Shown: in pieces, positions 1-8,891 of the stretch | Layout of the letters: each line of letters starts with the position of its first letter | How positions within the stretch are numbered: the first letter of the stretch is position 1 | From: a virus | DNA: 64,000 bases | IMG/VR virus record: IMGVR_UViG_3300028812_000003 | Coordinates: 1 to 64,000 of that record | Reading direction: 5' to 3' (one strand) | Translations under genes and position numbers: made by a program | Notes under the pieces: model-generated | Told to the model about the DNA's origin: nothing | What the model saw: only the letters and a program-made list of their open reading frames with translations | The model's database searches: none

Positions 1-1236
1 ACCATCGTCTCCGTCTTGCCCGACCCGGAGGCGGACCGGCCGCTGGCGCACACGAAGTGGACAGGCGTCTCCGGGTCGGGCAAGACGGAGACGATGGTCA
101 CGGCGATCCTCCAGATGCGCGAACGCATCGACGTCGTGCCGATCGTGGGCGACCCGGCCAAGTTCGAGCAGTCTTTCGGCGACGTCGAGGACATGCTGGG
201 ACTGGCCGCCAAGGACGAGGACGAGGTGAAGACCCTGGTCGTCAACCTCAAGCGGGTCATCGGGTACCGGTCGGGCCTGTTCGCCTCGCTGACCAGGGCA
301 GACGGCGGCGTCGGCTACAAGCAGTGGGTCTCGGAGATGTGGACGCTGCACCGCATCCCGCTGGTGTTCGTGGACATCGAGGAGGCGGCGGACATCGCCG
401 TGGAGATGGACGAGGAGCTGGACGAGCTGCTGCGCAAGCTGCGGTCCATCGGTGTCCACATCTGCCTGTCCATGCAGACCATGCCGCACGACAACATCAG
501 CCGGAAGACCCGGGCGGCCCTCGTGCAGTCCGTCGCCCACGGCCAGAACGAGGACCAGGACGCCAAGTACTCCCTGCACCGGGACACGCTGGAGGCGGGC
601 GCCGACCCGACGAAGTGGCGCAACGACAGCCCCGGCAGCCTGTATGCCGAGGTCGTGGGCACGGACCGGGCCCACTGGCCCATCGACGGCCGGGCGCCGA
701 GGCGCACCGCCAAGGACACGCAGGAGGCCCGGGAGTCCTCGCGGCAGTTCTGGGCGGAGCTGGACGAGGGGACGTACCGCATCCTCGCCCGGGGCATCGC
801 CGACGAGCAGCCCGAGCGGGTGTCCCCGGCCGCGCAGGCGGTCGCGGAGAGCACGGTGGACGACGACTTCACGGAGGTGCGGGACATGTCTCTGACCAGC
901 GACGGAATCGACACGGGGGAGCCGCTGGCCGCCCCCGACGGGCTGTCCCTCACCTTCGCCGACCCCATCGTGGACGAGGGCCGGATGACCACCGAGGACG
1001 CGCGGGCGGAGCTGCTGAACCGCATCAACATCCTCGCGTCCGGCGAGGACCACGAGGTCACGTTCCAGGCCCTGGAGGACATCCCGGGGCTGGTCGGCCG
1101 GTCGCGCGGGTGGGTGTACGACGAGCTGGAGCGGCTGGCCGACGACGGCGTGCTGCGCCGGCTCACGCCGCCCAACACCCGGGCCGTCTACGAGATCACG
1201 GGGAACGTGTTCGCGGAGGCCGCCGCTGCGGGATGA
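1..1236 (+). CDS. traB: TraB-like FtsK/SpoIIIE conjugative DNA translocase (5'-truncated by window)
   Basis: Frame open from base 1; Walker A GVSGSGKT, Walker B-like FVDIEEA, LRSIGVHICLSMQ; C-terminal winged-helix-like GRSRGWVYDELERL as in Streptomyces plasmid TraB. Confidence 0.75.
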   Translation, partial: TIVSVLPDPEADRPLAHTKWTGVSGSGKTETMVTAILQMRERIDVVPIVGDPAKFEQSFGDVEDMLGLAAKDEDEVKTLVVNLKRVIGYRSGLFASLTRADGGVGYKQWVSEMWTLHRIPLVFVDIEEAADIAVEMDEELDELLRKLRSIGVHICLSMQTMPHDNISRKTRAALVQSVAHGQNEDQDAKYSLHRDTLEAGADPTKWRNDSPGSLYAEVVGTDRAHWPIDGRAPRRTAKDTQEARESSRQFWAELDEGTYRILARGIADEQPERVSPAAQAVAESTVDDDFTEVRDMSLTSDGIDTGEPLAAPDGLSLTFADPIVDEGRMTTEDARAELLNRINILASGEDHEVTFQALEDIPGLVGRSRGWVYDELERLADDGVLRRLTPPNTRAVYEITGNVFAEAAAAG

Positions 1237-1289
1237 GGTCGTGAGGCGCCGCGTCAGGGCGGGTATCCGGGGCAGTCAACCGGGTGCCC

Positions 1290-1482
1290 GCCCTGACGTT
1301 TGCCGGTGTGTCAGACAGGTGTCGGAGGGTCATCCGGTGGGGCACACTGACTGTGTCGGCCCGTCACACCGTCAGTCGGCGATCATGCCTGACGGTGCCG
1401 GGCGCGTCAGTCGGCTGTCGGCCGACCGGCCGAACGACCTCCGGCCTTGGGTCTCTCTCTCGCCCTGTCGGCCGGCCGACAC
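1290..1482. repeat. Cluster of short TGTCGG/GTCAGTCGGC repeats; candidate clt (TraB recognition) locus
   Basis: GTCAGTCGGC at 1371 and 1406, TGTCGG at about 1320, 1354, 1416 and 1466, palindrome TGTCGGCCGGCCGACA; directly downstream of traB. Confidence 0.35.
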
Positions 1483-1513
1483 GACCAAGGAACTCTGACA
1501 AAGGATCACTGAC

Positions 1514-1963
1514 ATGAGCAGGAACACTCGCTGCGCCGCCCGTTGCGACGCCTCGCCCGTCATCCTCAAGCCCGTCCCGCTGTGCGTCCTGCACAGCCTG
1601 GAAGTCGCCTCGGAAGTCGTCCCCGGGATGCTTCAGGGCTCCCTCCGTCTCGCCCGGCGGGAGGCCGCCGCGAGCCGCAGTCCGGGAAGCCTGGCCGCCG
1701 TCGCCGCGCCGCCGGACACGGTGCACGAGGACAGCCGTCCCCGGCCGACGCGGGTGGAAGCCGAACGCCTCGCCGCCGAACGGCTCGCCGCCCTCCGGGC
1801 CCGGGGCATCGAGCGGGTGGTGCCGCGTCACTTCAAGGACATCCCCGCCATGACCGGCCGGTCCCGCCCGTGGGTCTATATGTGGCTCAAGGCCCGGGTG
1901 GCGGAGGGCGTGCTGGTCGACGACACCCGGGGCGGGCAGGCCGGCTACCGGTTCGCCGCGTAG
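1514..1963 (+). CDS. Small protein with N-terminal Cys/His motif and TraB-like C-terminal wHTH
   Basis: CAARC..PLCVLH; DIPAMTGRSRPWVYMWLKARVAEGVL resembles TraB DIPGLVGRSRGWVYDELERLADDGVL; start-associated motif at 1483. Confidence 0.65.
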   Translation: MSRNTRCAARCDASPVILKPVPLCVLHSLEVASEVVPGMLQGSLRLARREAAASRSPGSLAAVAAPPDTVHEDSRPRPTRVEAERLAAERLAALRARGIERVVPRHFKDIPAMTGRSRPWVYMWLKARVAEGVLVDDTRGGQAGYRFAA

Positions 1964-2003
1964 GGGTTGTGCAGCGGCAGAACCTATGGTTTAGTTAATT
2001 CAT
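1963..2003 (+). promoter_or_regulatory. Conserved promoter/operator module, copy 1
   Basis: GGGGTTGTGC...ATGGTTTAGTTAATTCAT (1986-2003). Confidence 0.8.
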
Positions 2004-2027
2004 CGAGACCGGCTGATGGAGGAACTG

Positions 2028-2219
2028 ATGAACTGGACCGTCGAGACGCTTCGCTCGGGAGTCGCGCTGGAGGTCGCCGCCGACGACCACGGGACGATGG
2101 GCGTTCCGGGCACGTGGCACCGGGTCCGCCAGGGTGACCGCGTCTCGCGGCCCACCCGCAACCGGGGCGACGCGCTCCGACTGTTCCAGCGCAAGGCGTT
2201 CCTGGCCTCCGGTGCCTGA
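2028..2219 (+). CDS. Hypothetical protein
   Basis: GGAGGAACTG before ATG; between module copy 1 and a hairpin. Confidence 0.6.
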   Translation: MNWTVETLRSGVALEVAADDHGTMGVPGTWHRVRQGDRVSRPTRNRGDALRLFQRKAFLASGA

Positions 2220-2243
2220 CCGCACCGCACGACCCGAAGCCCC

Positions 2244-2275
2244 GAAGCCCCGGAGCCGCAACGGCCCGGGGCTTC
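2244..2275 (+). terminator. GAAGCCCCGG...CCGGGGCTTC hairpin, first of a repeated family
   Basis: Similar hairpins at about 2808, 4191, 5042, 8437, 10125, 13445, 18245, 49227, 52453, 55342 and 55800, mostly just after stop codons. Confidence 0.7.
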
Positions 2276-2364
2276 GTCGTTAGCCGCCTGATTGGGCCGC
2301 TCACGGCCGTGGTACAACTAATTCGGGGCCCCTGCCGGGGCCCTTCTGCCCAAGGAATCAAGGA

Positions 2365-2784
2365 ATGATGACCATGGAGATAGAGCGGAGGCATACCCCC
2401 GTCCCCGGCGAGCTGCTGGAGTACCTGCGGGCCAACCCGACGGCGGCGCAGGCTGCGGCCGACGGCGGGGTTCACGTCCACGTCCACCACCATTACGAGG
2501 CCGCGCCGGCCGTCCCCGCCGGGGCGATCGTGCACCAGGGCCCGGAGCGGACGGCGGCGGAGAAGATGATCCCGTGGCTGTACGCGGCGCTGCTCGCCTG
2601 CGTCGTCCTGACGCTGTGCGCGCTGGTGCTGGCCACGGTGATGGTCATCGCCGTGGTGGTGCTGGCCGCGCTGGTGCTGCTCGGCCTGGTGGTCGCGCAC
2701 ATCATCAACTCCCACGCCGGCGCCGTCGAGGCGAAGGCCAAGGCGGAGGCGCTGGCCGCGAAGGGCACGCACCGGAGGCGGTGA
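2365..2784 (+). CDS. Membrane protein, possibly SpdD-like plasmid spread protein
   Basis: HVHVHHHY and Pro/Ala linker followed by a long hydrophobic hairpin; near traB. Confidence 0.5.
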   Translation: MMTMEIERRHTPVPGELLEYLRANPTAAQAAADGGVHVHVHHHYEAAPAVPAGAIVHQGPERTAAEKMIPWLYAALLACVVLTLCALVLATVMVIAVVVLAALVLLGLVVAHIINSHAGAVEAKAKAEALAAKGTHRRR

Positions 2785-2847
2785 TCACAATGGCGCCGCC
2801 TGCGGCTGAACCCCGGAGACCCTGAGTCTCCGGGGTTCTTCGCGTTC

Positions 2848-2889
2848 GGGGTTGCGGGCCGACGGACGCCTATGGTTTAGTTAATTCAT
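2848..2889 (+). promoter_or_regulatory. Promoter/operator module, copy 2
   Basis: GGGGTTGCGG...ATGGTTTAGTTAATTCAT (2872-2889). Confidence 0.8.
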
Positions 2890-2899
2890 CGGAACCACG

Positions 2900-2925
2900 G
2901 ACCAAGGAACGAGGAACCGACCATG
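2900..2925 (+). promoter_or_regulatory. Start-associated sequence (SAS), consensus copy of a family of about 30
   Basis: GACCAAGGAACGAGGAACCGACC-ATG; identical copy at 10227, variants before most accessory genes. Confidence 0.9.
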
Positions 2926-3522
2926 TGGCACACGAACATCGGAGTGGCGGACCCCGACGGGGCCGTGCGGACGGCCTTCCCCACACGTACCTTCTTCACC
3001 GGGGCTGGGGCATTGGGCGAAGTCGCCGACTTCACCCCCGCGCAACACCTCCAGGGGGTCGCAGCCCATGAACTCGGGCACTTCCTCGTCAACTGGAGGC
3101 TGGGCGCCCGGATGGCCCGCATCTCCGTCCGGGAAGACCCCGGCAACGTCATCCCGAGCGGCGCCGTCTCCTTCGTCCACCCGGACGGCGACACGGCGCG
3201 TCCCGTCCTCGTCGGCGGCGCCGCCGGGGAACGGGCCTACGACATCTGGCTCCGCGAACAGGGTCTGTGGACCCCGGGCCGCGCCGTGTGCGGGGAACTC
3301 CAGGGCGAGTCGGACCGCCGGGCAGCGTTGGAGGCTGACCCGACGATCACGTTTGACGGTGGACCGAACGACTACCGCCGGTTCCAGAACGCGGCCGACG
3401 AGATCCTGAGCGACGTGTGGCCGCTGCTCCTGCGCGGCCTCGGACACTTCACCGACTTCGCCGAGTACACCGGCGACGCGATGTGCGGCCTGCTCGGCAT
3501 CGACAACAACCCGCCCGCCTGA
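2923..3522 (+). CDS. Stand-alone zinc metallopeptidase (M41/FtsH-protease-like)
   Basis: AAHELGH (HEXXH), AAGERA and ESD motifs; no AAA domain. Confidence 0.6.
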   Translation: MWHTNIGVADPDGAVRTAFPTRTFFTGAGALGEVADFTPAQHLQGVAAHELGHFLVNWRLGARMARISVREDPGNVIPSGAVSFVHPDGDTARPVLVGGAAGERAYDIWLREQGLWTPGRAVCGELQGESDRRAALEADPTITFDGGPNDYRRFQNAADEILSDVWPLLLRGLGHFTDFAEYTGDAMCGLLGIDNNPPA

Positions 3523-3540
3523 CCAAGGAACGAGGAAGCG

Positions 3541-3771
3541 ATGACCACGAAGCACAACCACGCTCCGCGCTTCGGCCAGAAGTTCGACGGCTGCCCGCGC
3601 TGCGACGAGCTGAAGGCAGGTGCCGCGCCGGTCCGCTGGGGCAACGGCCGGACGGAGAGGGGGCGCACCGGCGGCTACCCGACCGACGCCGAGGTCTCGA
3701 ACCACTTCGCTCCGGGCGGCCCGCACGAACGCGGCGCGTGCGGGCCTGTCTGCACCTTCGGGGACTGGTGA
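3541..3771 (+). CDS. Small Cys/His-containing hypothetical protein
   Basis: SAS at 3521; CPRC and H...CGPVC. Confidence 0.7.
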   Translation: MTTKHNHAPRFGQKFDGCPRCDELKAGAAPVRWGNGRTERGRTGGYPTDAEVSNHFAPGGPHERGACGPVCTFGDW

Positions 3772-3773
3772 CC

Positions 3774-4169
3774 ATGACCAAGCCCCGCCCCGGCGCCGTC
3801 CGGATCGTCTCCTTCGGCTACGGCCACGGCGACGCCCCGGCCGCCCACCTGACCCTGGACCTGCGGGCCCACTTCCGGGACCCGCACGTCAGCCCGGCCA
3901 TGCGCGAGCTGACCGCCGCAGACCGCACGGTGCGCCGTGCCGTGCTCGGCACGCCGGGCGTCAAGGCCCTGCTGGCCGCCACGGTGCGCGCCGTCCGGGC
4001 GTACGACGCCGGCCCGTCCGCCCGGGACACCGTCGTCGCGGTCGGCTGCACCGGCGGCCGTCACCGCTCCGCCGTCGCCGCCAACGTCCTCGCCCGACGC
4101 CTGCGCCGTCGGGGCCACGTGGTCACCGTGGAGCACCGCGACCTGCACCGCCCCGTCATCGCCCGCTGA
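3774..4169 (+). CDS. Stand-alone RapZ C-terminal-domain-like protein
   Basis: IVSFGYGHG, DLRAHFRDPH and VGCTGGRHRS match RapZ/YvcJ C-terminal motifs. Confidence 0.8.
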   Translation: MTKPRPGAVRIVSFGYGHGDAPAAHLTLDLRAHFRDPHVSPAMRELTAADRTVRRAVLGTPGVKALLAATVRAVRAYDAGPSARDTVVAVGCTGGRHRSAVAANVLARRLRRRGHVVTVEHRDLHRPVIAR

Positions 4170-4230
4170 CCGCCGGCCGGTTGGTCGCACAGCCCCGGAG
4201 CCGTATGGTTCCGGGGCTCTCGTCGTCTCC

Positions 4231-4272
4231 GGGGTTGTCCCCTTCGGAACACCTATGATTTAATCAATTCAT
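4231..4272 (+). promoter_or_regulatory. Promoter/operator module, copy 3
   Basis: GGGGTTGTCC...ATGATTTAATCAATTCAT (4255-4272). Confidence 0.8.
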
Positions 4273-4301
4273 CAGCAACACCGACCAAGGAACGAGGGAC
4301 C

Positions 4302-5027
4302 ATGGACCGTCGCAACGTCACCGGCCACGCGGGCACCGTCCACCAGGGCCTGCTCAACTCGCACACCGGGTTCTTCATCGACGTCGCGTGCGACGCCGGC
4401 CGCTACGCCGTCGTCCGCCACTACGAGAAGCTGGACCCGGCCCGGCTCACCGAGGACGCGCTGACCTGCCCCGGCTGCATGGCCGCCGTCGCCGGCGAGA
4501 AGACCCACCCGGCGGACCTCGCCCGCCAGTGCGCGGACGCGGTCATCGCCGACGCCGACCGGCGCGGCTACGTGCCGCCGCTGGACAACGAGGCGCTGCG
4601 GCTGGCCTTCGTCCACCTCGCCCCGGACAGCGGGGAGCTGCGGCCGGTGTTCGAGCGGCTGGCCCGGGGCGTGTACGACCCGGAGAACCACTACCGCACC
4701 GAGCCGCTGTACGACCTGATCCAGGAACACCTGACGGACGACCTCACCGCGCGGGCCGGGGTCGTCCCGGAGGGTACGCCCGGGGTGTTCATCAGGTACA
4801 CGCGCTTCACCGGTGGCAGCGTCCAGGTCCCGGTCGGCGTCGGCGACCGGCTGGTGAAGGACGGCATCGCCTCCGGGCACTGGGACCGCTTCACGGTCCT
4901 CGTGGTCGAGCGCGGCGGCATCATCGCCCAGTCCGACGACGGGTGGACGAACCGCTTCACCCGCGACGAGGTGCGCCGGTTCTTCGCCTACAAGACGGAC
5001 CGCGCGCCGCAGCCGGCCACCGTCTGA
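4302..5027 (+). CDS. Hypothetical protein
   Basis: SAS at 4280, high GC3, hairpin after stop. Confidence 0.75.
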   Translation: MDRRNVTGHAGTVHQGLLNSHTGFFIDVACDAGRYAVVRHYEKLDPARLTEDALTCPGCMAAVAGEKTHPADLARQCADAVIADADRRGYVPPLDNEALRLAFVHLAPDSGELRPVFERLARGVYDPENHYRTEPLYDLIQEHLTDDLTARAGVVPEGTPGVFIRYTRFTGGSVQVPVGVGDRLVKDGIASGHWDRFTVLVVERGGIIAQSDDGWTNRFTRDEVRRFFAYKTDRAPQPATV

Positions 5028-5144
5028 CCCGCCGACCGACCGAAGCCCCGGAGCCCTCGCGGCCCGGGGCTTCGTCGCGCCGGTGAGCCCGGGAGCGCAG
5101 CGACCGGTGCGGTGATTCAGCGAATCCTCGGTACGGTCCGGCGC

Positions 5145-5867
5145 ATGACGCAGACCACCCCGCCCCTGGCGGTCCTCGTCCCCACGCGGGGACGGCCGCG
5201 AAACGCCGCCCGTCTCCAACAGGCGTTCACCGACACAGGTTCCCTCAACGCAGCCCTGATCTTCGTCGTGGACGCCGACGACCCCGAACTCCCCGGCTAC
5301 CGGGAGCGCGCGGGGGTCGGCGAGATCGCGCACCTGACCGTCCACGACGGCGAGGGCGGCACCGGCATGTCGGCCGCCCTGAACCACGCGGCCGGCCGGT
5401 TCGCCGGCGAGTACAGCGCGCTGGGCTTCATGGGTGACGACCACCTGCCGCGCACCGCCGGGTGGGACGCGCACGTCCTCGGCGCGCTCGCCGGACCCGG
5501 CCCGGCCGTCGTCTACTGCGACGACCTGCTCCAGGGCGAGGCCCTGCCGACGGCCGCGTTCATGCCGTCCCGGCTGGTGCGGGCGCTCGGCTTCATGGCG
5601 CCGCCGGTCCTGCGGCACCTGTACGTCGACAACTTCTGGCAGGAGCTGGGCCAGCGCCTCGGCGGCCTGCGGTACCTGCCGGACGTCGTCGTGGAGCACC
5701 TGCACCCGGCGGCGGGCAAGGCGGCCATGGACGAGCGGTACGCGGCCGTCAACGCCCCCGACGCCGACGCCGCCGACCGGCGCGCGTGGCTGGACTTCCG
5801 GGACGGCACGGGCCTCGCCGGGGCGCTGCGCCGCGTGCGCGCGGAGTACGGGACGGCGGCGGCATGA
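5145..5867 (+). CDS. Glycosyltransferase, GT-A/GT2-like
   Basis: LAVLVPTRGRP, FVVDADD, GFMGDDH, HLYVDN, EHLHP. Confidence 0.8.
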   Translation: MTQTTPPLAVLVPTRGRPRNAARLQQAFTDTGSLNAALIFVVDADDPELPGYRERAGVGEIAHLTVHDGEGGTGMSAALNHAAGRFAGEYSALGFMGDDHLPRTAGWDAHVLGALAGPGPAVVYCDDLLQGEALPTAAFMPSRLVRALGFMAPPVLRHLYVDNFWQELGQRLGGLRYLPDVVVEHLHPAAGKAAMDERYAAVNAPDADAADRRAWLDFRDGTGLAGALRRVRAEYGTAAA

Positions 5868-6781
5868 GGGCGCTGGTCACCGGCGACAGGGGCTTCCTCG
5901 GGAGGCATTTCGCGGCGGAGCTGAGGCGGCGCGGGTACGACGTGACCGGCCTGGACACGAAGGCGTCCTCGGCGCAGGACTGCCGGGCCTTCTTCCGACG
6001 GCAGCTCACCTACCGGAACCCGCCGTCCCCGACGTTTGATCTCGTCGTGCACTGCGCGGCGGTCGTCGGCGGCCGGTCCACCATCGACGGCGACCCGCTC
6101 GCCACGGCGGAGTCGCTGAGCATCGACGCGGAGATGTTCCGGTGGGCGGCCGTCGCGCGGCCCGGCCGGGTGCTGTACTTCTCCAGCTCCGCCGCCTACC
6201 CGGTGTGGTTTCAGACGAAGTGGTCGGCGCGCAGCGGCTACCGGCTGCGCGAGGACGACGTGGACCTGGACGTGGTGCAGCAGCCGGACCAGGTGTATGG
6301 CTGGTCCAAGGTGACCGGCGAACTCCTCGCCGCCCGCCTCCGCGACAGCGGGGTGCCGGTGACCGTCGTGCGGCCGTTCTCCGGGTACGGCGAGGACCAG
6401 GACGAGGCGTACCCGTTCCGGGCGATCCTCGGCCGGGTGCTGCGCCGGGAGGACCCGTTGGAGGTGTGGGGCAGCGGCGCGCAGGTGCGCGACTGGATTC
6501 ACGTGGACGACGTCGTGGCCGGGGCGCTCGCTGTCGCCGAGGCGGGCACGACGGAGCCGGTGAACCTGTGCACTGGACGGGGGACCTCGTTCCTCGATCT
6601 CGCCCGGACGATGGCGGCGGTCGCCGGGTACGCCCCGGAGGTCAAGCCGCTGCCGGGGCGGCCGGCGGGCGTGGAGTACCGGGTCGGCGACCCGGCCCGG
6701 ATGCACCGCTACCACCGGCCCCGGGTCCGGCTGGAGGACGGCATCTGCCGCGCGCTCGGGGTTGTCCAACCGGCCGAGTGA
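5864..6781 (+). CDS. NAD-dependent sugar epimerase/dehydratase
   Basis: ALVTGDRGFLG, FSSSAAY, YGWSK (YxxxK), RPFSGYG, RDWIHVDD; ATGA overlap with the GT gene. Confidence 0.9.
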   Translation: MRALVTGDRGFLGRHFAAELRRRGYDVTGLDTKASSAQDCRAFFRRQLTYRNPPSPTFDLVVHCAAVVGGRSTIDGDPLATAESLSIDAEMFRWAAVARPGRVLYFSSSAAYPVWFQTKWSARSGYRLREDDVDLDVVQQPDQVYGWSKVTGELLAARLRDSGVPVTVVRPFSGYGEDQDEAYPFRAILGRVLRREDPLEVWGSGAQVRDWIHVDDVVAGALAVAEAGTTEPVNLCTGRGTSFLDLARTMAAVAGYAPEVKPLPGRPAGVEYRVGDPARMHRYHRPRVRLEDGICRALGVVQPAE

Positions 6782-6798
6782 TGGTTTAATTAAGTCAT
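6758..6798 (+). promoter_or_regulatory. Promoter/operator module, copy 4 (overlaps epimerase 3' end)
   Basis: GGGGTTGTCC...ATGGTTTAATTAAGTCAT (6781-6798). Confidence 0.8.
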
Positions 6799-6827
6799 CG
6801 CACGACCGACCAAGGAACGAGGGACCC

Positions 6828-7160
6828 ATGACCGACACCCACGACCGCCCGATGCTGCGGAACGCCCGCGAGGCCGCCGACAGCTACCTGCTGCACAAGG
6901 TGGTGGACGACGGCATGGCGTCCGGCGTCGCCCAGAACATGGCCACCGTCGGCTTCGCCACCGCCGCCCGCACCCTGTCCACCCTGCGCACGCGGGACGG
7001 CCTGAGCGAGGACGCCATTGAGCAGGGGTTCCGGCGCAAGCTCGCCGAGGCCCGCGCGGCCGGCGACGAGCAGCGCGTCATCGCGGCCGAGTACACCCTG
7101 GCCATCTGGGGCGGCCTGCGCACCGACCTCGCCGCCTACCTCGGCAGCGTCGGCGAGTGA
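6828..7160 (+). CDS. Hypothetical protein
   Basis: SAS at 6805. Confidence 0.75.
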   Translation: MTDTHDRPMLRNAREAADSYLLHKVVDDGMASGVAQNMATVGFATAARTLSTLRTRDGLSEDAIEQGFRRKLAEARAAGDEQRVIAAEYTLAIWGGLRTDLAAYLGSVGE

Positions 7161-7220
7161 TCCGCCCGCCCCGGGTCCGACGGCCCGGGGCTTCCCTGCG
7201 ACCAAGGAAACGAGGAACCG

Positions 7221-7547
7221 ATGAGCCAGACCACCGACGTGACGGCAGTCGTCCGGGAGATCAGCCACGAGGTCCGCGTGAACCTGCCGGACCGGCCGGT
7301 CGTCAAGACATTCACCGGAGGCCGTCGGAAGGCGTACGGCCTGCGCATCCAGTACGGCATCCGCCAGGACGTCTCCCGCGTGGACATCACTGTGGAGTTC
7401 CACAACGCGGCGGAGCACTTCCCGCCCGTGATGGAGATGCCCGAGTGGATGCGCCGGATCGTGGAGGACAACCGGCCGCGCGACGTCGACAGCCCCGACA
7501 GCAACCGCCGTACCGGCATGGGCGGCTGGCCGCTCCCGGCGCCGTGA
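7221..7547 (+). CDS. Hypothetical protein
   Basis: SAS at 7200; flanked by direct repeats of about 55 bp. Confidence 0.75.
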   Translation: MSQTTDVTAVVREISHEVRVNLPDRPVVKTFTGGRRKAYGLRIQYGIRQDVSRVDITVEFHNAAEHFPPVMEMPEWMRRIVEDNRPRDVDSPDSNRRTGMGGWPLPAP

Positions 7548-7607
7548 CCCACCCGCCCCGGGCCGTCGGGCCCGGGGCTTCCCTGCGACCAAGGAAACGA
7601 GGAAGCC

Positions 7608-7949
7608 ATGGCAACGCAGTTCGACCCGCCGCGCTACACCTGGAACGCGGCCACCGCCCGCGAGGCATTGGAGATGCTGGAGGCCGCGCGGGACCTGATC
7701 GACGCCCACCTGAAGACCCTCGCGCCCGGAGGCACCGGGCGGTTCGAGGCGTCCCGGACGGCGTCGGTCGCCCTGACCGTGACCCTGGACCTGTCCGGCC
7801 TCGTCCGGGCCGTCAACGACAAGGCGACGGTGGAGAACCTGGAGACGGCGCTGGACCTGCCCGCCGACACCACCTGCTGGTGCGGGGATGAGAAGCGCCC
7901 CGGCGACGACCACACGCTGTGCTACCCGGGCATGTGGCGAACAGCGTGA
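7608..7949 (+). CDS. Hypothetical protein
   Basis: SAS at 7587. Confidence 0.7.
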   Translation: MATQFDPPRYTWNAATAREALEMLEAARDLIDAHLKTLAPGGTGRFEASRTASVALTVTLDLSGLVRAVNDKATVENLETALDLPADTTCWCGDEKRPGDDHTLCYPGMWRTA

Positions 7950-8152
7950 CTCGGCGCCCCGCTCTCGCCTGGGACCCCGAGGCGGACCCGTTCGGCCCGT
8001 GGGAGTACGTGGAGGCCGGGGACCTGTGCCGGGGCCACGGTGACGGCTGCATGTGGAGTCGCTGCACCGGGCGGGAGTCCACCTGCCGGTGCTGCTGTCC
8101 GGTCTGCCTCGGCGAGACGCCCGAGGACTACGGATTCGACGGCGACTGGTGA
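7946..8152 (+). CDS. Small Cys-rich hypothetical protein
   Basis: GTGA overlap with upstream stop; CRCCCPVC. Confidence 0.55.
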   Translation: MTRRPALAWDPEADPFGPWEYVEAGDLCRGHGDGCMWSRCTGRESTCRCCCPVCLGETPEDYGFDGDW

Positions 8153-8186
8153 CCACCGGCCGCCCGACCGAGGAAACGAGGAACCG

Positions 8187-8420
8187 ATGCCCAGCTACAC
8201 CCTGACCCGCACCCTGCCCGACGGCACGGTGAGGGCCAACCCGACCCCACTGCGCACGCTGCGCGAGGTGGAGTTCGCCGTGGCGTACTGCCTGATGGAC
8301 AACTCCCGCGTGCCGCGCGGCGAGGCCCGCCGGTTCGCCGCCGACTTCGCCCACCGTCCGGCCGGCGAGCAGATGAAGCACGAGGGCAGTGGCTACGCGT
8401 TCCGCGTGGACCGTGTGTAG
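8187..8420 (+). CDS. Hypothetical protein
   Basis: SAS at 8166. Confidence 0.7.
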   Translation: MPSYTLTRTLPDGTVRANPTPLRTLREVEFAVAYCLMDNSRVPRGEARRFAADFAHRPAGEQMKHEGSGYAFRVDRV

Positions 8421-8433
8421 AAATATTTCGACA
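8416..8433. promoter_or_regulatory. 18-bp near-palindrome TGTAGAAATATTTCGACA; candidate parS/operator
   Basis: Matches the perfect palindrome at 18684-18701. Confidence 0.4.
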
Positions 8434-8477
8434 CGGAGCCCCGGCGACCCTCGCGGTCCCGGGGCTTCGCCGTGTCC

Positions 8478-8519
8478 GGGGTTGCCCCGCTGGCCCGCCT
8501 TATGATTTAATCAATTCAT
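8478..8519 (+). promoter_or_regulatory. Promoter/operator module, copy 5
   Basis: GGGGTTGCCC...ATGATTTAATCAATTCAT (8502-8519). Confidence 0.8.
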
Positions 8520-8560
8520 CGACGGGGTTGACCGCTGACAGACCAAGGAACGAGGAACAC

Positions 8561-8809
8561 ATGGACGCGAACGCACTGCGCGAGGCCGTGACAGCAGTCC
8601 AGGAGAAGATCAGCCGCATGTCGGACGAGGCCCTGAGCGTGACGTGGCTGACGTCCGAGACGCTGCCGATGAGCGAGGAACTGGCCGTCACGCGGGGCTG
8701 GCTGATAGACGAGCTGGAGAAGCGCATGGGGCCCGACAAGTTCGACGCCTGGCTGTTCACCGACGCCGACGCCGTGGACCCGTTCCCCTTCCTGCGCCGT
8801 CGCGCCTGA
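8561..8809 (+). CDS. Hypothetical protein
   Basis: SAS at 8541. Confidence 0.75.
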   Translation: MDANALREAVTAVQEKISRMSDEALSVTWLTSETLPMSEELAVTRGWLIDELEKRMGPDKFDAWLFTDADAVDPFPFLRRRA

Positions 8810-8891
8810 CCACCCGCCGGGCCCCGGCGCCGCGTTGGCGATACCGGGGCCCTGCCCCACCCTGACCGAGGAACCGAGGACGGAGGAAGCC

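Noticed and set aside
1241-1498. 85-aa ORF after traB
   Set aside because: Poor codon pattern; region better explained as repeat-rich non-coding DNA.
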